Counted from the stretch's first letter, positions 37,851 to 48,910 are shown. The stretch: DNA of 64,000 nt from Candidatus Bathyarchaeia archaeon (GCA_050010755.1 JBEKKK010000001.1:352001-416000), one strand, 5' to 3'. Program-made: numbers and translations. Notes: generated by a model from the sequence alone, not told the origin.

Positions 37851-38936
37851 GTGAAGATGAAGATTTCAATCATACTGGGAACTCGGCCAGAAATCATTAA
37901 GTTCTCGCCGGTAATTCGAGAGTGTGAACGTCTAGGCCTAGACTTTTTTGTTCTTCACACGGGTCAGCATTACTCGTATGGCATGGACCGAGTCTTCTTT
38001 GAGCAGCTTGAACTGCCGGAAGCGAAATATAATCTTGACGTGGGCTCGGGAACCCATGCTGAACAGACTGGAAAGATGCTTATTGGAATAGAGAAGGTGT
38101 TGAAGCAGGAGAAGCCCTGTGTTGTTCTGGTGGAGGGAGACACTAACACTGTGTTGGCTGGCGCCTTGGCTGCGAGGAAGCTGGAAATCAAGGCTGGACA
38201 CTTGGAGGCTGGGTTGAGAAGCCATGACCGCGAAATGCCTGAAGAGACCAACAGGGTTGTTGCAGATCATTGTTCAGACTTGTTGTTCGCTCCTACGGCG
38301 AAGGCGAGAGAGAACCTGCTCAGAGAAGGGTTGGATGAGTGTGCCATTTTCGTGACGGGTAACACCGTCGTCGACGCTGTACGTGAGAATCTGGAGCTGT
38401 CGAAGAGGAAAGGAGAGGTGTGGGAAGAGTTGGGCATTCAAAATGGCGGCTACGCTTTGGCCACTGTTCACAGACAAGAAAACGTTGACAATCTCACAAG
38501 GTTTCGAGGCATTATGGACGGATTGATGAGGGTCCACAAGGATTTCGGCATCCCTGTCGTCTATTCCGTTCACCCCAGAGCCAAGAAACAACTTGCCGTC
38601 TTCAGCATTCAATCAGAAGGCGTTAACATAATTGAACCCTTGGATTATCTGACTTTTCTGCAGCTTGAGAGCAACGCCAAATTCATCCTGACAGATTCGG
38701 GCGGCGTACAGGAGGAAGCTTGCATTCTTCACGTTCCCTGCATCACGTTGCGGTACAACACCGAGAGACCGGAAACCTTGGATGTCGGAGCTAACACGCT
38801 CGCAGGCGCTGATCCGGACGAAATCGTCAAGAAAGTAGACCTTATGCTCGCCAAGAATCGCGACTGGGAAAACCCGTTCGGAGATGGCAAAGCAGGCGAG
38901 AGAATAATCGACATATTGAAGGAAGAATTTGCCTAA
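37851..38936 (+). CDS. wecB: UDP-N-acetylglucosamine 2-epimerase
   Basis: GTRPEIIK, HTGQHY, GDTNT, HLEAGLRS, PEETNR, TDSGGVQEEA, NPFGDG. Confidence 0.95.
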   Translation: MKMKISIILGTRPEIIKFSPVIRECERLGLDFFVLHTGQHYSYGMDRVFFEQLELPEAKYNLDVGSGTHAEQTGKMLIGIEKVLKQEKPCVVLVEGDTNTVLAGALAARKLEIKAGHLEAGLRSHDREMPEETNRVVADHCSDLLFAPTAKARENLLREGLDECAIFVTGNTVVDAVRENLELSKRKGEVWEELGIQNGGYALATVHRQENVDNLTRFRGIMDGLMRVHKDFGIPVVYSVHPRAKKQLAVFSIQSEGVNIIEPLDYLTFLQLESNAKFILTDSGGVQEEACILHVPCITLRYNTERPETLDVGANTLAGADPDEIVKKVDLMLAKNRDWENPFGDGKAGERIIDILKEEFA

Positions 38937-38960
38937 ACCAAGAGCGCGCGTGGTAAAGTT

Positions 38961-39584
38961 TTATCGTTTTCTCTCTCTAATTCTTATCGACTTCTTCCCA
39001 TCCAAATAGGACCAATCTTTGTCCTTTGATAAGAAGTCTTTTCTTTCCTTCTCTGTCGTAAGCCTCACTGCCATTTCACAGCAATCATCCCCGTCTGGAA
39101 GTGCCTTGATATGGATTAACTTGTATCTAGAGTTGTAAGCCATGTATTTTGCGGGGTCGACATAACAGTAAAGGCGACCCAGTTTCTCTTCTCCGTATTC
39201 CTTCCAAAGTTTGTCCATTGCACAACCGTATACTCTTGTTCTCTTCTCACCATTGACTTCGCACGTTTCGCCTCGGTCATGATGGCCAAGCTTTGGAACT
39301 CGAAGATAGTTGCCCTTGCCAAAATTCTCAGGCGATGCTTCAAGTTTTTGATCAACTATTTCCTTTCTTGTTCTTTTCCCTATGCAGGCTCCATAGTCTT
39401 TGATGGCTTTCATAATCAATCTTTTTCCTTTTTCTTCGCCAAGCTCCTGAATCAATGTCTTAGCGTAAGAAAGATGTAAGAGAGCTAACCTCCGAGTGCT
39501 AATCTCAACCTCTTTTTTCGCTTCCTCTAATGGAATTGCCCCTTCGTTGGTTGCCGTCATAACGTCTCCCTCGGTATCGATCAA
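38961..39584 (-). CDS. ATC-hydrolase-like (V4R superfamily) protein
   Basis: GEEKGK..I.KAI..YG, C.M...WKEYG...GRLYCYVD, GDDCCE. Confidence 0.7.
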   Translation of the reverse strand: MIDTEGDVMTATNEGAIPLEEAKKEVEISTRRLALLHLSYAKTLIQELGEEKGKRLIMKAIKDYGACIGKRTRKEIVDQKLEASPENFGKGNYLRVPKLGHHDRGETCEVNGEKRTRVYGCAMDKLWKEYGEEKLGRLYCYVDPAKYMAYNSRYKLIHIKALPDGDDCCEMAVRLTTEKERKDFLSKDKDWSYLDGKKSIRIRERKR

Positions 39585-39696
39585 ATTTTTTGTGCTTGAA
39601 TTAGTAAGCTTATTTCAAAGTTAATCGTTTTGCGGGCGCTACCGCGCGCTAAATAACAGCGCTCCCTGTTCTATCGCAGCGTACACTCGTGCCTTG

Positions 39697-40968
39697 TCAC
39701 AGCGCATCTTGTTTTGTCTTTTTCTTGATTCCTGAGTCTTCGAATCTTTTTTCAAGTTGTTTGGCGATGTTGTCCGGAATCTTTTTTTCGAACGGAAGCT
39801 CCTCGGCCTTCGATAGGCGTTCTAGAACCGTCTGGCTTAACTTGCCCGCTGGTGTGAAGGCTTCTGGTCCGCACCAGCGCAGGTCTTCGAGGTTCGTGTG
39901 CATTATCATGGCTGCTCCTCCTGCTCGTGATAGCATGATGGACGGAACGTCGTAAAAGGCTAGGGGCATGTGATCTGAGCCTCCCATTCCCATTTCGCTG
40001 GTGGCTTGAAGGGATATTCCAAGCTCTTTTGCTATGAAAGTCAGGAATGACTTCAGCTCTTCTGAGCCTAGGACGACGGCGTTTAGTGTTCCGAGAAGTA
40101 TTCCGTGAACGTCGAAGTTGAGGCAGAGCTTGAGGTTCTTGATGTTGTGGGGGTTTTCGGCGTAATGGAAGGAACCGCGCAGTCCAAGTTCTTCGGAGCC
40201 GAACGCTGCAAATCTGAGGGTGCGAGTCGGTTTTTCACCCGCAAAGATTCTGGCCAATTCGAGCACTAGGGCTGTTCCTGCGGCGTTGTCATGCGCCCCC
40301 AAAACACTTCTTACAGTGTCGTAATGTCCACCCACGAGTATGTCCTCATCCTCAATAAGTCCGGGCACTTCACCTAGAACGTTCTGGCTCTTAGCAGTCA
40401 ATCTCTGCACTTCCGTGGTTATTTTCAACCTTTTCGGGCCTTTTAACACGTTCAGCACGTCATCGTGTGCCATCGAAACAGCTGGCACGTTATCCTCTGC
40501 GACATATTCGGCACTGATAGACCGGTAAATAGTGGGAGCCAAGGGGGTTCGAGAAGGGTAGATCAGGGCCAAAGGCTTAGCCTTGAGAACCTTGAAGAAA
40601 TCTTTCTGATGAAGGACCATACCCAAAACGGCTATCCTGCTTTCAATTCTCTTCAGCGCTTCCTGCGACGATGACTCCAGCATAACCAATTCGCCTTCAA
40701 CGCCTTCCGGCCCAGTTGACAGAGAATTGCCCACAGCCGCACATCCCAGTTGCGTGCCGTCAGGAAGCGAAACTTCTTCTTTCAGGATTCGGCTTGTCTG
40801 AACCTCAAACTCATCTAGTCTAACGTTGGCAAGTCCCAGTTCCTCAAACCACGTCTTAATTTGCCTTGCTGCCCTCAGCTCCGACTCCGTCCCAGATTCC
40901 CGGTTTCCAATACCTAAGACAAGATTTTCCATAAAACGATACGCCGAACCCGCCTCGAAAGACTTCAT
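39697..40968 (-). CDS. M28-family aminopeptidase with PA-like insert
   Basis: GGHYDT, GAHDNAAG, GSEELGLRGS, NFD, SDH, HT..D. Confidence 0.85.
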   Translation of the reverse strand: MKSFEAGSAYRFMENLVLGIGNRESGTESELRAARQIKTWFEELGLANVRLDEFEVQTSRILKEEVSLPDGTQLGCAAVGNSLSTGPEGVEGELVMLESSSQEALKRIESRIAVLGMVLHQKDFFKVLKAKPLALIYPSRTPLAPTIYRSISAEYVAEDNVPAVSMAHDDVLNVLKGPKRLKITTEVQRLTAKSQNVLGEVPGLIEDEDILVGGHYDTVRSVLGAHDNAAGTALVLELARIFAGEKPTRTLRFAAFGSEELGLRGSFHYAENPHNIKNLKLCLNFDVHGILLGTLNAVVLGSEELKSFLTFIAKELGISLQATSEMGMGGSDHMPLAFYDVPSIMLSRAGGAAMIMHTNLEDLRWCGPEAFTPAGKLSQTVLERLSKAEELPFEKKIPDNIAKQLEKRFEDSGIKKKTKQDAL

Positions 40969-41090
40969 TTCGCACGCCCACCCTTTTTCTAACTAGTCTA
41001 CGCATACTCTAATAAACACTAGCACTGACGGGTGCAGAGACGGTTCAAACTCCTAACGAAACGCGCGCTCGTTATGTCGTATGTTTCAAG

Positions 41091-42992
41091 CTAGAGTACA
41101 TGAACCAAAGCTTCATCCACCGATCGCAAAGCGTAGTTGAACAGAAAGAAAACAATTAGCACGACTATCAATATCTTGAAGATGCGAAAGTTCCTGTTGG
41201 TTTTGAACCAGCTCTTCACAACTTCAAGCCTAGTCATAATCCAGACGACTCCTACAGCTGCTTGAATTTGGATTGGGATAAGGTAGAGGAACCGGTAGTA
41301 GTATGGATCTGGAGAAACGGCCAATAATGCCAAGGCAGGAACTGCGATCCACAGAATCATTATTTTGTTGAACCTTTTTGCAAAGTCAAACATGGAAAAC
41401 ACGCCTACAATCGCCAACAATACCAGAAGCGGGTTCCCAAGCAGACCTCCAACGTATGACTGAACTATCATGGCAACGTTGCGCTGAAGGTTCAAAAGGT
41501 TTGAAACACTGATGCCTGAGCCAACTTCATATATACCCCCTCCCGCCGAACTGCTTATGCCTTTTCCAAACGGCGCCAAAGCATACACCGTATAGAAGAG
41601 GAAGTTGGACGCAAGAAGCAAAATCAACAGGAGGATCTCTCTTTCTCTTCTCGACCTCTTTCCAATAAGCGCCCATGCAAAATAGATGATTAGAATTGCC
41701 ATCAAAACGTCCCACGTGTAAGGATGCGTCAGAAGCACAGAAAAGCCCATGACTGCCGATGCTGCCAGGTATTTCCAGGATTGCTTTTCGAAGCTGTTCA
41801 GCAAGAAAATCATCAGAACAAGAGATTCGATGATGGCCAGCCAGTTTGCCAAGAAATACCCGAACAAGCCAACCGTAATTTGAAAGGAAAAGGATGAAAA
41901 AAGCGAGGACATTAGGGCGGCAAGCTCATTTTTGGTTCCTACCTTAACGAACCAGTAAATTGCCAGACTGAGGCATATGGCAAGAATTGTGGGCATGATG
42001 CGGACGACGGTTTCAGGCGAAGAACCAGTTGCGATTTGGACAGCGTACATGAGTAGAATAGGGAAAGGCCTGTCCGTGTTGAAAGCGGTCTGCAGCCCCT
42101 TCTGCGCTACGCTGCTCAACCAGTTGACGTAATCCATGGAGTCTGACCCGATCAGGGCTGAGTTTGGAAGGTGAACGTAGGGGTAGTAAGCTATGAAGGC
42201 GGCAGCTGCCAATGAGAGGAGCAGGCAGAGAGTCACGCGTTTGCTGTTCAACTTCACTGTTGAACCTGCATCTTGAATGCCAGAGGGTGAGATTTTCTCG
42301 GTTATCGTTCCCATGCGCTTTGAAGATGTAACTCTTGAAAGTGCGTGCTTCACGGCTGGAATCCATATCCAACTGTAGAGGAAAAGAAGGAACAACCAGG
42401 ACGTTAGAGGGTACAGCACGTTGAACATTTGAAGGTCGATTGTGGGGAATATCCAGCGTGAACTGGATCCGAAGGGGACTTCATAATCGAAAATGTTGGA
42501 TATCCAGGATGAGGCCGAGGCGAGTTCAAAGAGTATCAACAGGCCTGTAACGGAAGACAACGTGAGGGCAGCTGCTTCTTTCCTTCCCGCCAACAGGTAG
42601 CCGTTTCCATAGTAGGTTGATAGACCCGCTATGGCGAGTCCTGCGGGAACGGCGAGGAAGTAGGCTATGCTGCCGTTAACTTGAAAAACTGCAAGCGAGG
42701 CTACCAGAAGGAGGAAGGGCAATATTGTCCAGCGCGGAACACTGACATCTCGCAGTGCGTTCACAAGCAGCATTTCCAAAACAGCCACCAGAAGAGAGAC
42801 AACCCATATTGACAGATCCACCGTGGGCGAGAAGATGACGATGTTAACGGTCATAGGAGAATAGAGAAGATAAAACCTGATGTCCAAGAGGTTTATGAGC
42901 TTGAAGAGCCCGAACAGAAAGGTGACTGCCGTGGCCAGAGTGGCCAGAAAGAAGTTTAGCAGCAGAGCAGCATGGCGAATTGAAATTGGCAT
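41091..42992 (-). CDS. Large polytopic membrane protein (GT-C-like)
   Basis: Many TM segments; GSDSMDY loop, DRP, LLTHPYTW, RFLYLIP. Confidence 0.7.
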   Translation of the reverse strand: MPISIRHAALLLNFFLATLATAVTFLFGLFKLINLLDIRFYLLYSPMTVNIVIFSPTVDLSIWVVSLLVAVLEMLLVNALRDVSVPRWTILPFLLLVASLAVFQVNGSIAYFLAVPAGLAIAGLSTYYGNGYLLAGRKEAAALTLSSVTGLLILFELASASSWISNIFDYEVPFGSSSRWIFPTIDLQMFNVLYPLTSWLFLLFLYSWIWIPAVKHALSRVTSSKRMGTITEKISPSGIQDAGSTVKLNSKRVTLCLLLSLAAAAFIAYYPYVHLPNSALIGSDSMDYVNWLSSVAQKGLQTAFNTDRPFPILLMYAVQIATGSSPETVVRIMPTILAICLSLAIYWFVKVGTKNELAALMSSLFSSFSFQITVGLFGYFLANWLAIIESLVLMIFLLNSFEKQSWKYLAASAVMGFSVLLTHPYTWDVLMAILIIYFAWALIGKRSRREREILLLILLLASNFLFYTVYALAPFGKGISSSAGGGIYEVGSGISVSNLLNLQRNVAMIVQSYVGGLLGNPLLVLLAIVGVFSMFDFAKRFNKIMILWIAVPALALLAVSPDPYYYRFLYLIPIQIQAAVGVVWIMTRLEVVKSWFKTNRNFRIFKILIVVLIVFFLFNYALRSVDEALVHVL

Positions 42993-43057
42993 CCCCGATT
43001 CAGCAAAATTTAAGTGAGCAGTCCTTGCATATATGTCCTCGACAAAAAGGATAGGCC

Positions 43058-43567
43058 ATGAAATCCCGATTGGTTGTTTCCATCGTAATTTCCATTCTAA
43101 TCGCAAGCGGGCTCGCCGCCTCCTACACGGGCTACACAACAGTCCTTGCAAAGCCGACTCATGGCTTCACATTGATTGTTAGCGGCACTGCTTACGATCC
43201 GCAAAAACACATATACGTGAATGTTGCTCTGAATGTGACCGGTACAGCCGCGGGAAAGATGAACACTAATATAGATCTATACGTAAAAGGCGGAGACGTG
43301 AGCGTAAACCATGGCTATGGAACCTTCTCTGTTTCACATGGGTGCGGAGAACTGGTTTCGTCCTGCCATTTCATTGCATTGTATATCTGGCTGACTCCCA
43401 AGTATGGAGGACAAGTTGCATTCTGGTGCATGTCCGGCAGAACAGGAAAATTGTCCGACCAAACACTGCAGGTTTCACTGGGCACAAACCACGTTATACT
43501 CCCAATGACAGGGTGTCCCAGACTTGACGACTTAGATATGCAGGGAACAATTGCCCCAGTCTACTAA
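43058..43567 (+). CDS. Secreted beta-rich hypothetical protein
   Basis: N-terminal signal/TM (MKSRLVVSIVISILIASGLAA); beta-strand pattern. Confidence 0.6.
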   Translation: MKSRLVVSIVISILIASGLAASYTGYTTVLAKPTHGFTLIVSGTAYDPQKHIYVNVALNVTGTAAGKMNTNIDLYVKGGDVSVNHGYGTFSVSHGCGELVSSCHFIALYIWLTPKYGGQVAFWCMSGRTGKLSDQTLQVSLGTNHVILPMTGCPRLDDLDMQGTIAPVY

Positions 43568-43670
43568 ATCTATCAGACTCAAATACTGACGCGTCCGTGT
43601 GGTTTATTCTTCATGCGTCTAGGTATTAAGGCGTAATGTTCTAAATGGCGCCCGTGGTTTATCGTCAGTT

Positions 43671-44963
43671 TTAGTTGTGGAGCATGTCCAGCAAGTGGCC
43701 GAGCACTTTTTCGCCATCGGCGCGGAGGCCGTTGTGCTCGTATTCGCTGGTGACCCATAGCTTGATGCTGCGAATGTTTTTTGCAGTTTCCTCTGAGAGT
43801 GTTCGCTCGACGTACATGTCGTTGTAGTAAACTGCTGCTGCGCACGGAACTGTGTTGGATTGCAGGACCGATTTGTCGTAAAGCCGAGGCCAGCCGTCAA
43901 ATGTCGCCAAAATTTCAGCCGTCTCTTTTAATGGTCTAAGGTACTTGTACTCTTCAAACATCCATGGATACACCATCTCGCCTGTGAAGTACACTTGTCG
44001 GTCACGTCTGATTTCAAATTCTGAACGTTCTTGTCGGAGGCGATGCGCTGACCAGTTGGAGCCAGTTTCTTCGCAGTAGATTGATTCGTGGAGAATCGCA
44101 TAGATTGGGTTGGTTTCAAACGAGAGAGAGTTTTCGAAGCCGCGCAGGAAAGCATAGCTCATCTGTCGACCAGCCGCGTCTTGAAGGAATACTTTTTCGA
44201 GCAGGTAGTGGACTTGTTCAAACCCGTTGCTCATCCCGAAGGCTATGCCGAGTTGCTGAAACCGCCTCGGTGACAGTCTGTCGCCTCCTGGCAAGTTCAC
44301 CTCGTGCGAATCTAGATAATCGACGATTTCTCTTACGCGATCTACGTCTTCAGGGTAACGTTCAAAGTAAAGTTTGTTCTTTTCGATGACACGCTGATAT
44401 GTGGCTCGATAAACATCATCTGGCGGCCGATTTATCGGCGGCAGTCCACCCGTCATAATCGCTTCCTTCAATCCGTGCGGCGCGGCAGACAGATAATGCG
44501 TCACACAGAAGCCTCCGTAGCTCTGCCCCAGCACACTCCAGCGGCCACCCTCTCCAAGCAGTTCGCGTCGAATTGATTCAGCATCTCGCACGATAGAATC
44601 CGCCCGAAAATTCTTCAGGTAGTCAGCCTGTTCTCTAGAAGTGGCAAACCGCGCCAACGTCTGATAGTTGACGGGCGTACTGCAGCCTGTCCCGCGTTGG
44701 TCAAGCAGGAACACACGATATTCCTGCAGTGCTCTTTTCAGCCAGCCACTACTGCTTTCAGGACGCAGCGCTTCCATGCCGGGCCCGCCTTGAAAGAATA
44801 CGAGCCACGGCAAATCGGTCTTTTCCTTGCTACCAGCGACAACTTCGCGTCCAAAGACGCTAATCATCTCACCGTCAGGCTGCCTATGATTCAAGGGCAC
44901 GGTGAATTCATGGTCAGTTAAGACAATTCCCGGTAGACGATGGACGTACTTGCGCATGTTCAA
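43671..44963 (-). CDS. pip: Prolyl aminopeptidase (S33, alpha/beta hydrolase)
   Basis: FQGGPG, LDQRGTG.S, FRADSIVRD, GQSYGG nucleophile, DMYV, EHNGLR. Confidence 0.9.
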   Translation of the reverse strand: MNMRKYVHRLPGIVLTDHEFTVPLNHRQPDGEMISVFGREVVAGSKEKTDLPWLVFFQGGPGMEALRPESSSGWLKRALQEYRVFLLDQRGTGCSTPVNYQTLARFATSREQADYLKNFRADSIVRDAESIRRELLGEGGRWSVLGQSYGGFCVTHYLSAAPHGLKEAIMTGGLPPINRPPDDVYRATYQRVIEKNKLYFERYPEDVDRVREIVDYLDSHEVNLPGGDRLSPRRFQQLGIAFGMSNGFEQVHYLLEKVFLQDAAGRQMSYAFLRGFENSLSFETNPIYAILHESIYCEETGSNWSAHRLRQERSEFEIRRDRQVYFTGEMVYPWMFEEYKYLRPLKETAEILATFDGWPRLYDKSVLQSNTVPCAAAVYYNDMYVERTLSEETAKNIRSIKLWVTSEYEHNGLRADGEKVLGHLLDMLHN

Positions 44964-45078
44964 CCTTCCTTCAGATAACGAACGGCCTATTGGTTACCCA
45001 CGATTGACGTAATAAAGCTTGCACAGACAGAGGTTACGCTGCCAATGCAGAAAGACGTTGGTCGTTTCAGGTCGCATA

Positions 45079-45534
45079 CTAGTCGGTTAGAGTCAGTAGA
45101 GGCGCGCAAGCAAGTACAGTGTCTCGGTACTTGTCTAGAATCATCACGGCGTGTTTTTCTGCTTGGTGTTCCCACATTGGTTTCTTATCTATCCATTGCC
45201 TGAGGTGCATCCCTTCGTGGGCCGTGACTTTCACGAGTGCTTCCTTCCAGTCGTTCAGCATTACCGCGTATTTTTGGCAACGCTTGTGGTCTGGATAGAC
45301 GGAAAGGTATGGAAAGTGCTTTGTCTTACCTATCCTTACTACGATTAGAAAGCGTCGGCTGTTGCAACCGCACGTACAATCCTCTGCGCTCGCGAAGATC
45401 CGTCCATAGAACGCATATTTGCTATTTTTCACATGCACTTCCAACTCTTCGGAATGTGGAACATTTTTCAAAGCGAATTTCACGAGGTCTTCAACCTGAT
45501 CGGAAGGATATCTTGAGCTGTTCTTGACAATCAC
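45079..45534 (-). CDS. Small HExxH zincin-like protein
   Basis: VTAHEGMHLRQ...WEHQAE; GTG start chosen behind GAGGG. Confidence 0.6.
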   Translation of the reverse strand: MIVKNSSRYPSDQVEDLVKFALKNVPHSEELEVHVKNSKYAFYGRIFASAEDCTCGCNSRRFLIVVRIGKTKHFPYLSVYPDHKRCQKYAVMLNDWKEALVKVTAHEGMHLRQWIDKKPMWEHQAEKHAVMILDKYRDTVLACAPLLTLTD

Positions 45535-45869
45535 TTTAATGCCCTCTTGCCTGTTGATGTTACAAACTGGTCTCGCACCAAAGCGCGAGAACTCGTGCTC
45601 TAATGCTGGCTCATTTGATAAAGCGCTTATGAAGCCAGAATCAATACTGAGAGTCAATTGTGCAAGCCTCCTCCTTCCAGTCCAGTAGCTCAACAGGCAA
45701 GACATCGCCAGCGAACACGCGCTGGTCTCCCATAAAGATTTCCGAGGTTTCAAGACCGAATTACTTGTCAGATTATCAAAAGCAAACCGGATGGGCTCAG
45801 GACGAGCCCGGGCTTAGCGTTTAACAATCACATTTATTACTTTTTTGTTCCTAATCTCAAGACCAGCTC

Positions 45870-47318
45870 ATGGTGATTGAAGTGAAGGAATATGATGCCA
45901 TCGTCTTAGGCTCGGGATCTGCGATGGAAATCGTGAATGAGATGGAACAGGAAACCCCAGGCATTAGAGTCGCGGTTATAGACAAGGATGAACCTGGCGG
46001 AATATGCTTGACACGAGGTTGTATTCCTTCCAAAATCCTATTGTACCCAGCCGAGATGGTGAGGACCGTTGAAAGGGCCAGTGAGTTCGGAATATCTGTC
46101 GACTTGAAAAACGTGGATTTCCATGCAGTTATGGAGCGAATGAGAAAACTGATTCAATTAGAAATAGATGCCATGAAACGCGGGCTCACTCACACTAAGA
46201 ACCTGGATTACTACAACAGTGTCGCTGAATTCATCGCACCCTACACTATGAAGGTTGGAAAGGAAACTATTAGATCGCAAATGATTTTTCTGTGCACCGG
46301 ATCAAAACCGCTAATCCCACCGATAGAAGGTCTGGAAAAAGTCAAATATCATACGAGCGACACTGTTCTTAAAATGGACAGCCTGCCTCGGAGCGTAGCC
46401 GTCGTCGGCGGAGGGTACATCGCAGCAGAATACGGCCATTTTTTTTCGGCTATGGGATCAAAAGTTACCATTATCGGCAGAAATCGGCAGTTCATTCCCG
46501 AAGAGGAACCCGAAGTGTCGGCCCTGGCAAAGAGAGAACTGCAAAAGCACATGACGATATTTTCCAACCATGAAGTTCGCAGCGTCGAGAACACTTCAGA
46601 TGGAAGGAAAAGACTGGTTGCCATCAACAGAGAGAGCGGGAAAGAAGTGGAGGTGGCCGCTGAAGAAATATTGATCGCTTCAGGAAGGGAATCGAACACG
46701 GTTATACTTCATCCCGAGAGGGCCGGAATAAGAACTGACGAAAAGGGATGGATAGTTGTCGATGAGTTTTTGGAAACGTCACAGCCGAACGTTTGGGCTT
46801 TTGGGGACGCCGATGGCAGATACCTCTTCAAGCACGTGGCGAACTACGAGGCATTGCTCGTGTACTACAATGCCGTGCAGAAGAAACGAGTCAAGGTCGA
46901 CTATCACGCGGTTCCACACGCGGTCTTTACTTATCCGGAAATTGCCAGCGTCGGACTCAAAGAGGCAGAAGCGATAGAAAAGTATGGCAAGGCTAACCTT
47001 CTGATTGGAATCCAACGCTACGAAGATACTGCAAAGGGAGTGGCTATGGCCTTGAAAGACTTTTTCATCAAGGTCATAACGGAATCAACCACGACGAAAA
47101 TATTGGGAGCACACATCATCGGACCGTACGCCTCCGTCCTCATCCAAGAGATTATAGACCTCATGTACACATCAACGCAGAGTGCACAACCAATACTGGA
47201 AGGAATGCACATTCACCCCTCCCTGAGCGAAGTTGTGCAAAGAGCGGTCGCATCCAGCGTGCCCGTAGATCAGTACCACCACATGCTCGAAGAACATTAT
47301 GGTCTTTCCACTGAGTGA
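45870..47318 (+). CDS. Dihydrolipoamide dehydrogenase-like flavin disulfide reductase
   Basis: GSGS, GGICLTRGCIPSK, GGGYIAAE, GDA, HIHPSLSE. Confidence 0.88.
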   Translation: MVIEVKEYDAIVLGSGSAMEIVNEMEQETPGIRVAVIDKDEPGGICLTRGCIPSKILLYPAEMVRTVERASEFGISVDLKNVDFHAVMERMRKLIQLEIDAMKRGLTHTKNLDYYNSVAEFIAPYTMKVGKETIRSQMIFLCTGSKPLIPPIEGLEKVKYHTSDTVLKMDSLPRSVAVVGGGYIAAEYGHFFSAMGSKVTIIGRNRQFIPEEEPEVSALAKRELQKHMTIFSNHEVRSVENTSDGRKRLVAINRESGKEVEVAAEEILIASGRESNTVILHPERAGIRTDEKGWIVVDEFLETSQPNVWAFGDADGRYLFKHVANYEALLVYYNAVQKKRVKVDYHAVPHAVFTYPEIASVGLKEAEAIEKYGKANLLIGIQRYEDTAKGVAMALKDFFIKVITESTTTKILGAHIIGPYASVLIQEIIDLMYTSTQSAQPILEGMHIHPSLSEVVQRAVASSVPVDQYHHMLEEHYGLSTE

Positions 47319-47364
47319 AACATGGGACGCGCGCTGTTGGCGCTCGCCGAAACTTGAATCCTTG

Positions 47365-47793
47365 TCAATTTTTTGGGCAGTATTTCAGCAGGTCCTCGAA
47401 AAGCTTTGTCAGTTTAGGCTCTTCTCTGGCAATATCCATGCTTGTGATTAATCCAACGAGTTTGCCGTCCTGGACAACTATCAACTTCTTGAAGCCCTTC
47501 TTGACCATGATTCTTGCTGCCTCTTCCAGACTGGCGTCTTCTCCTATGGTCACAAGGCTGGCCGACATCACGTTCCTAGCTGTCAAAGCGGCTGGAAGAA
47601 GTTCCATCTGAAGCACTCTTTCCATTATATCCTTGTGAGTTATCAGTCCGATAGGCCTGTCCTTCTGGACGACAACCACGCTGCTTATGTCAAACTTCAA
47701 CATTGTTGCAATTACTTCTTGCATGGTCGTGTCTTCTCTGACAACTTTAACATCGCGCGTCATCGCATCTCTAACTGACAACATTCCTGCCAT
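47365..47793 (-). CDS. CBS-pair protein
   Basis: VRDAMT...GLIT.KDI; ARNVMS...GKLVGLITSMDI. Confidence 0.88.
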   Translation of the reverse strand: MAGMLSVRDAMTRDVKVVREDTTMQEVIATMLKFDISSVVVVQKDRPIGLITHKDIMERVLQMELLPAALTARNVMSASLVTIGEDASLEEAARIMVKKGFKKLIVVQDGKLVGLITSMDIAREEPKLTKLFEDLLKYCPKN

Positions 47794-47983
47794 CGAAATC
47801 CCTTCACAACACTTCCGACCTATTACGCACACTGCTTATATAAAAAAGAATCCATCAGCCAAAACGCAGGTGGAGACGAACTACTTCATTGTCCGGTTGT
47901 TCCAGAACCGCAAAAATTAAGAACCGCCGCCAGAAAACAGTAATTCTTAAATCGCCTTCTCATCCAAAGTATCGAGTGATTCT

Positions 47984-48832
47984 ATGAAGGCTTTCATCTC
48001 GGTTGATCTGGAGGGCATGCCTTACATCGTCATCCCGGGTCACTTGAACCTGAAGGGCCCGTTGTATGAAGAGGCAAGAAGAATTGCCACCAAAATAGCG
48101 TTGATTACGGCGGATGAGCTGAACAGAAACGGTTTTGACAGAGTCATCATCGCAGACAGCCACGGACCGATGGTTAACCTGCTGGTCGACGATCTGCCCG
48201 AGTGCGTCGAGATAGTGAGAGGTTTTCCTCGCCCGCTCAGCATGGTCTCAGGAATAGAAGGCTGCAAACTGGCTATGTTTCTCGGCTACCACGCCAAATT
48301 TGGCACGGCAAAGTCAACGTTTGACCACACTTACAGCAGTATGAGCATAAACCGCGTGGAAGTGAATGGGGTTGCTGCCAGCGAATTCCTCCTCAACGGC
48401 TTAGTCGCCGGAGAGCTGGGCGTTCCAGTTGTTCTCGTTGCGGGGGAAGCTCGGCTGTTGGAGGATGATGTCAGGAAAAAGGCGCCGTGGGCTGAGACCG
48501 TTGCGTTGAAAACCTCTATGAGTCGGCTTTCGGCAAGGAGCGCGAGCATGATTAGCATCGAGAAGGAACTGCGGAACGGCGTCAAGAAGGCTGTCGCCAG
48601 TCAGAAGAGAGGCAAAGCTGAGCTGTTAGTAGCCGAAAAGCCTGTGAAGATGGCGATTAACTTTTTGTCAAGTCAGTTCGCGGATGCTGCAGAACTGTTG
48701 CCCAGCATCAAGAGAGTCGATGGGCTGAGGGTCGAGTACACGGCCAAAAGCATGGCGGACGCGTACAAGACTATGGAGCTGCTGACTCTTGCGTCAAGTG
48801 GCATGCAGGCGCTTATGGAAGGCATGAGATAG
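47984..48832 (+). CDS. dppA: D-aminopeptidase, M55 family
   Basis: FISVDLEG, DSHG.M.N, RPLSMVSG, LGYHA, HTYS. Confidence 0.88.
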   Translation: MKAFISVDLEGMPYIVIPGHLNLKGPLYEEARRIATKIALITADELNRNGFDRVIIADSHGPMVNLLVDDLPECVEIVRGFPRPLSMVSGIEGCKLAMFLGYHAKFGTAKSTFDHTYSSMSINRVEVNGVAASEFLLNGLVAGELGVPVVLVAGEARLLEDDVRKKAPWAETVALKTSMSRLSARSASMISIEKELRNGVKKAVASQKRGKAELLVAEKPVKMAINFLSSQFADAAELLPSIKRVDGLRVEYTAKSMADAYKTMELLTLASSGMQALMEGMR

Positions 48833-48910
48833 AAGCACAATTTGCGAGCAGCACGTTTGAAGGCAAATGATATTATTCTGAACGAAAATCTGGTTTGAGG
48901 GGGTGGAGGC

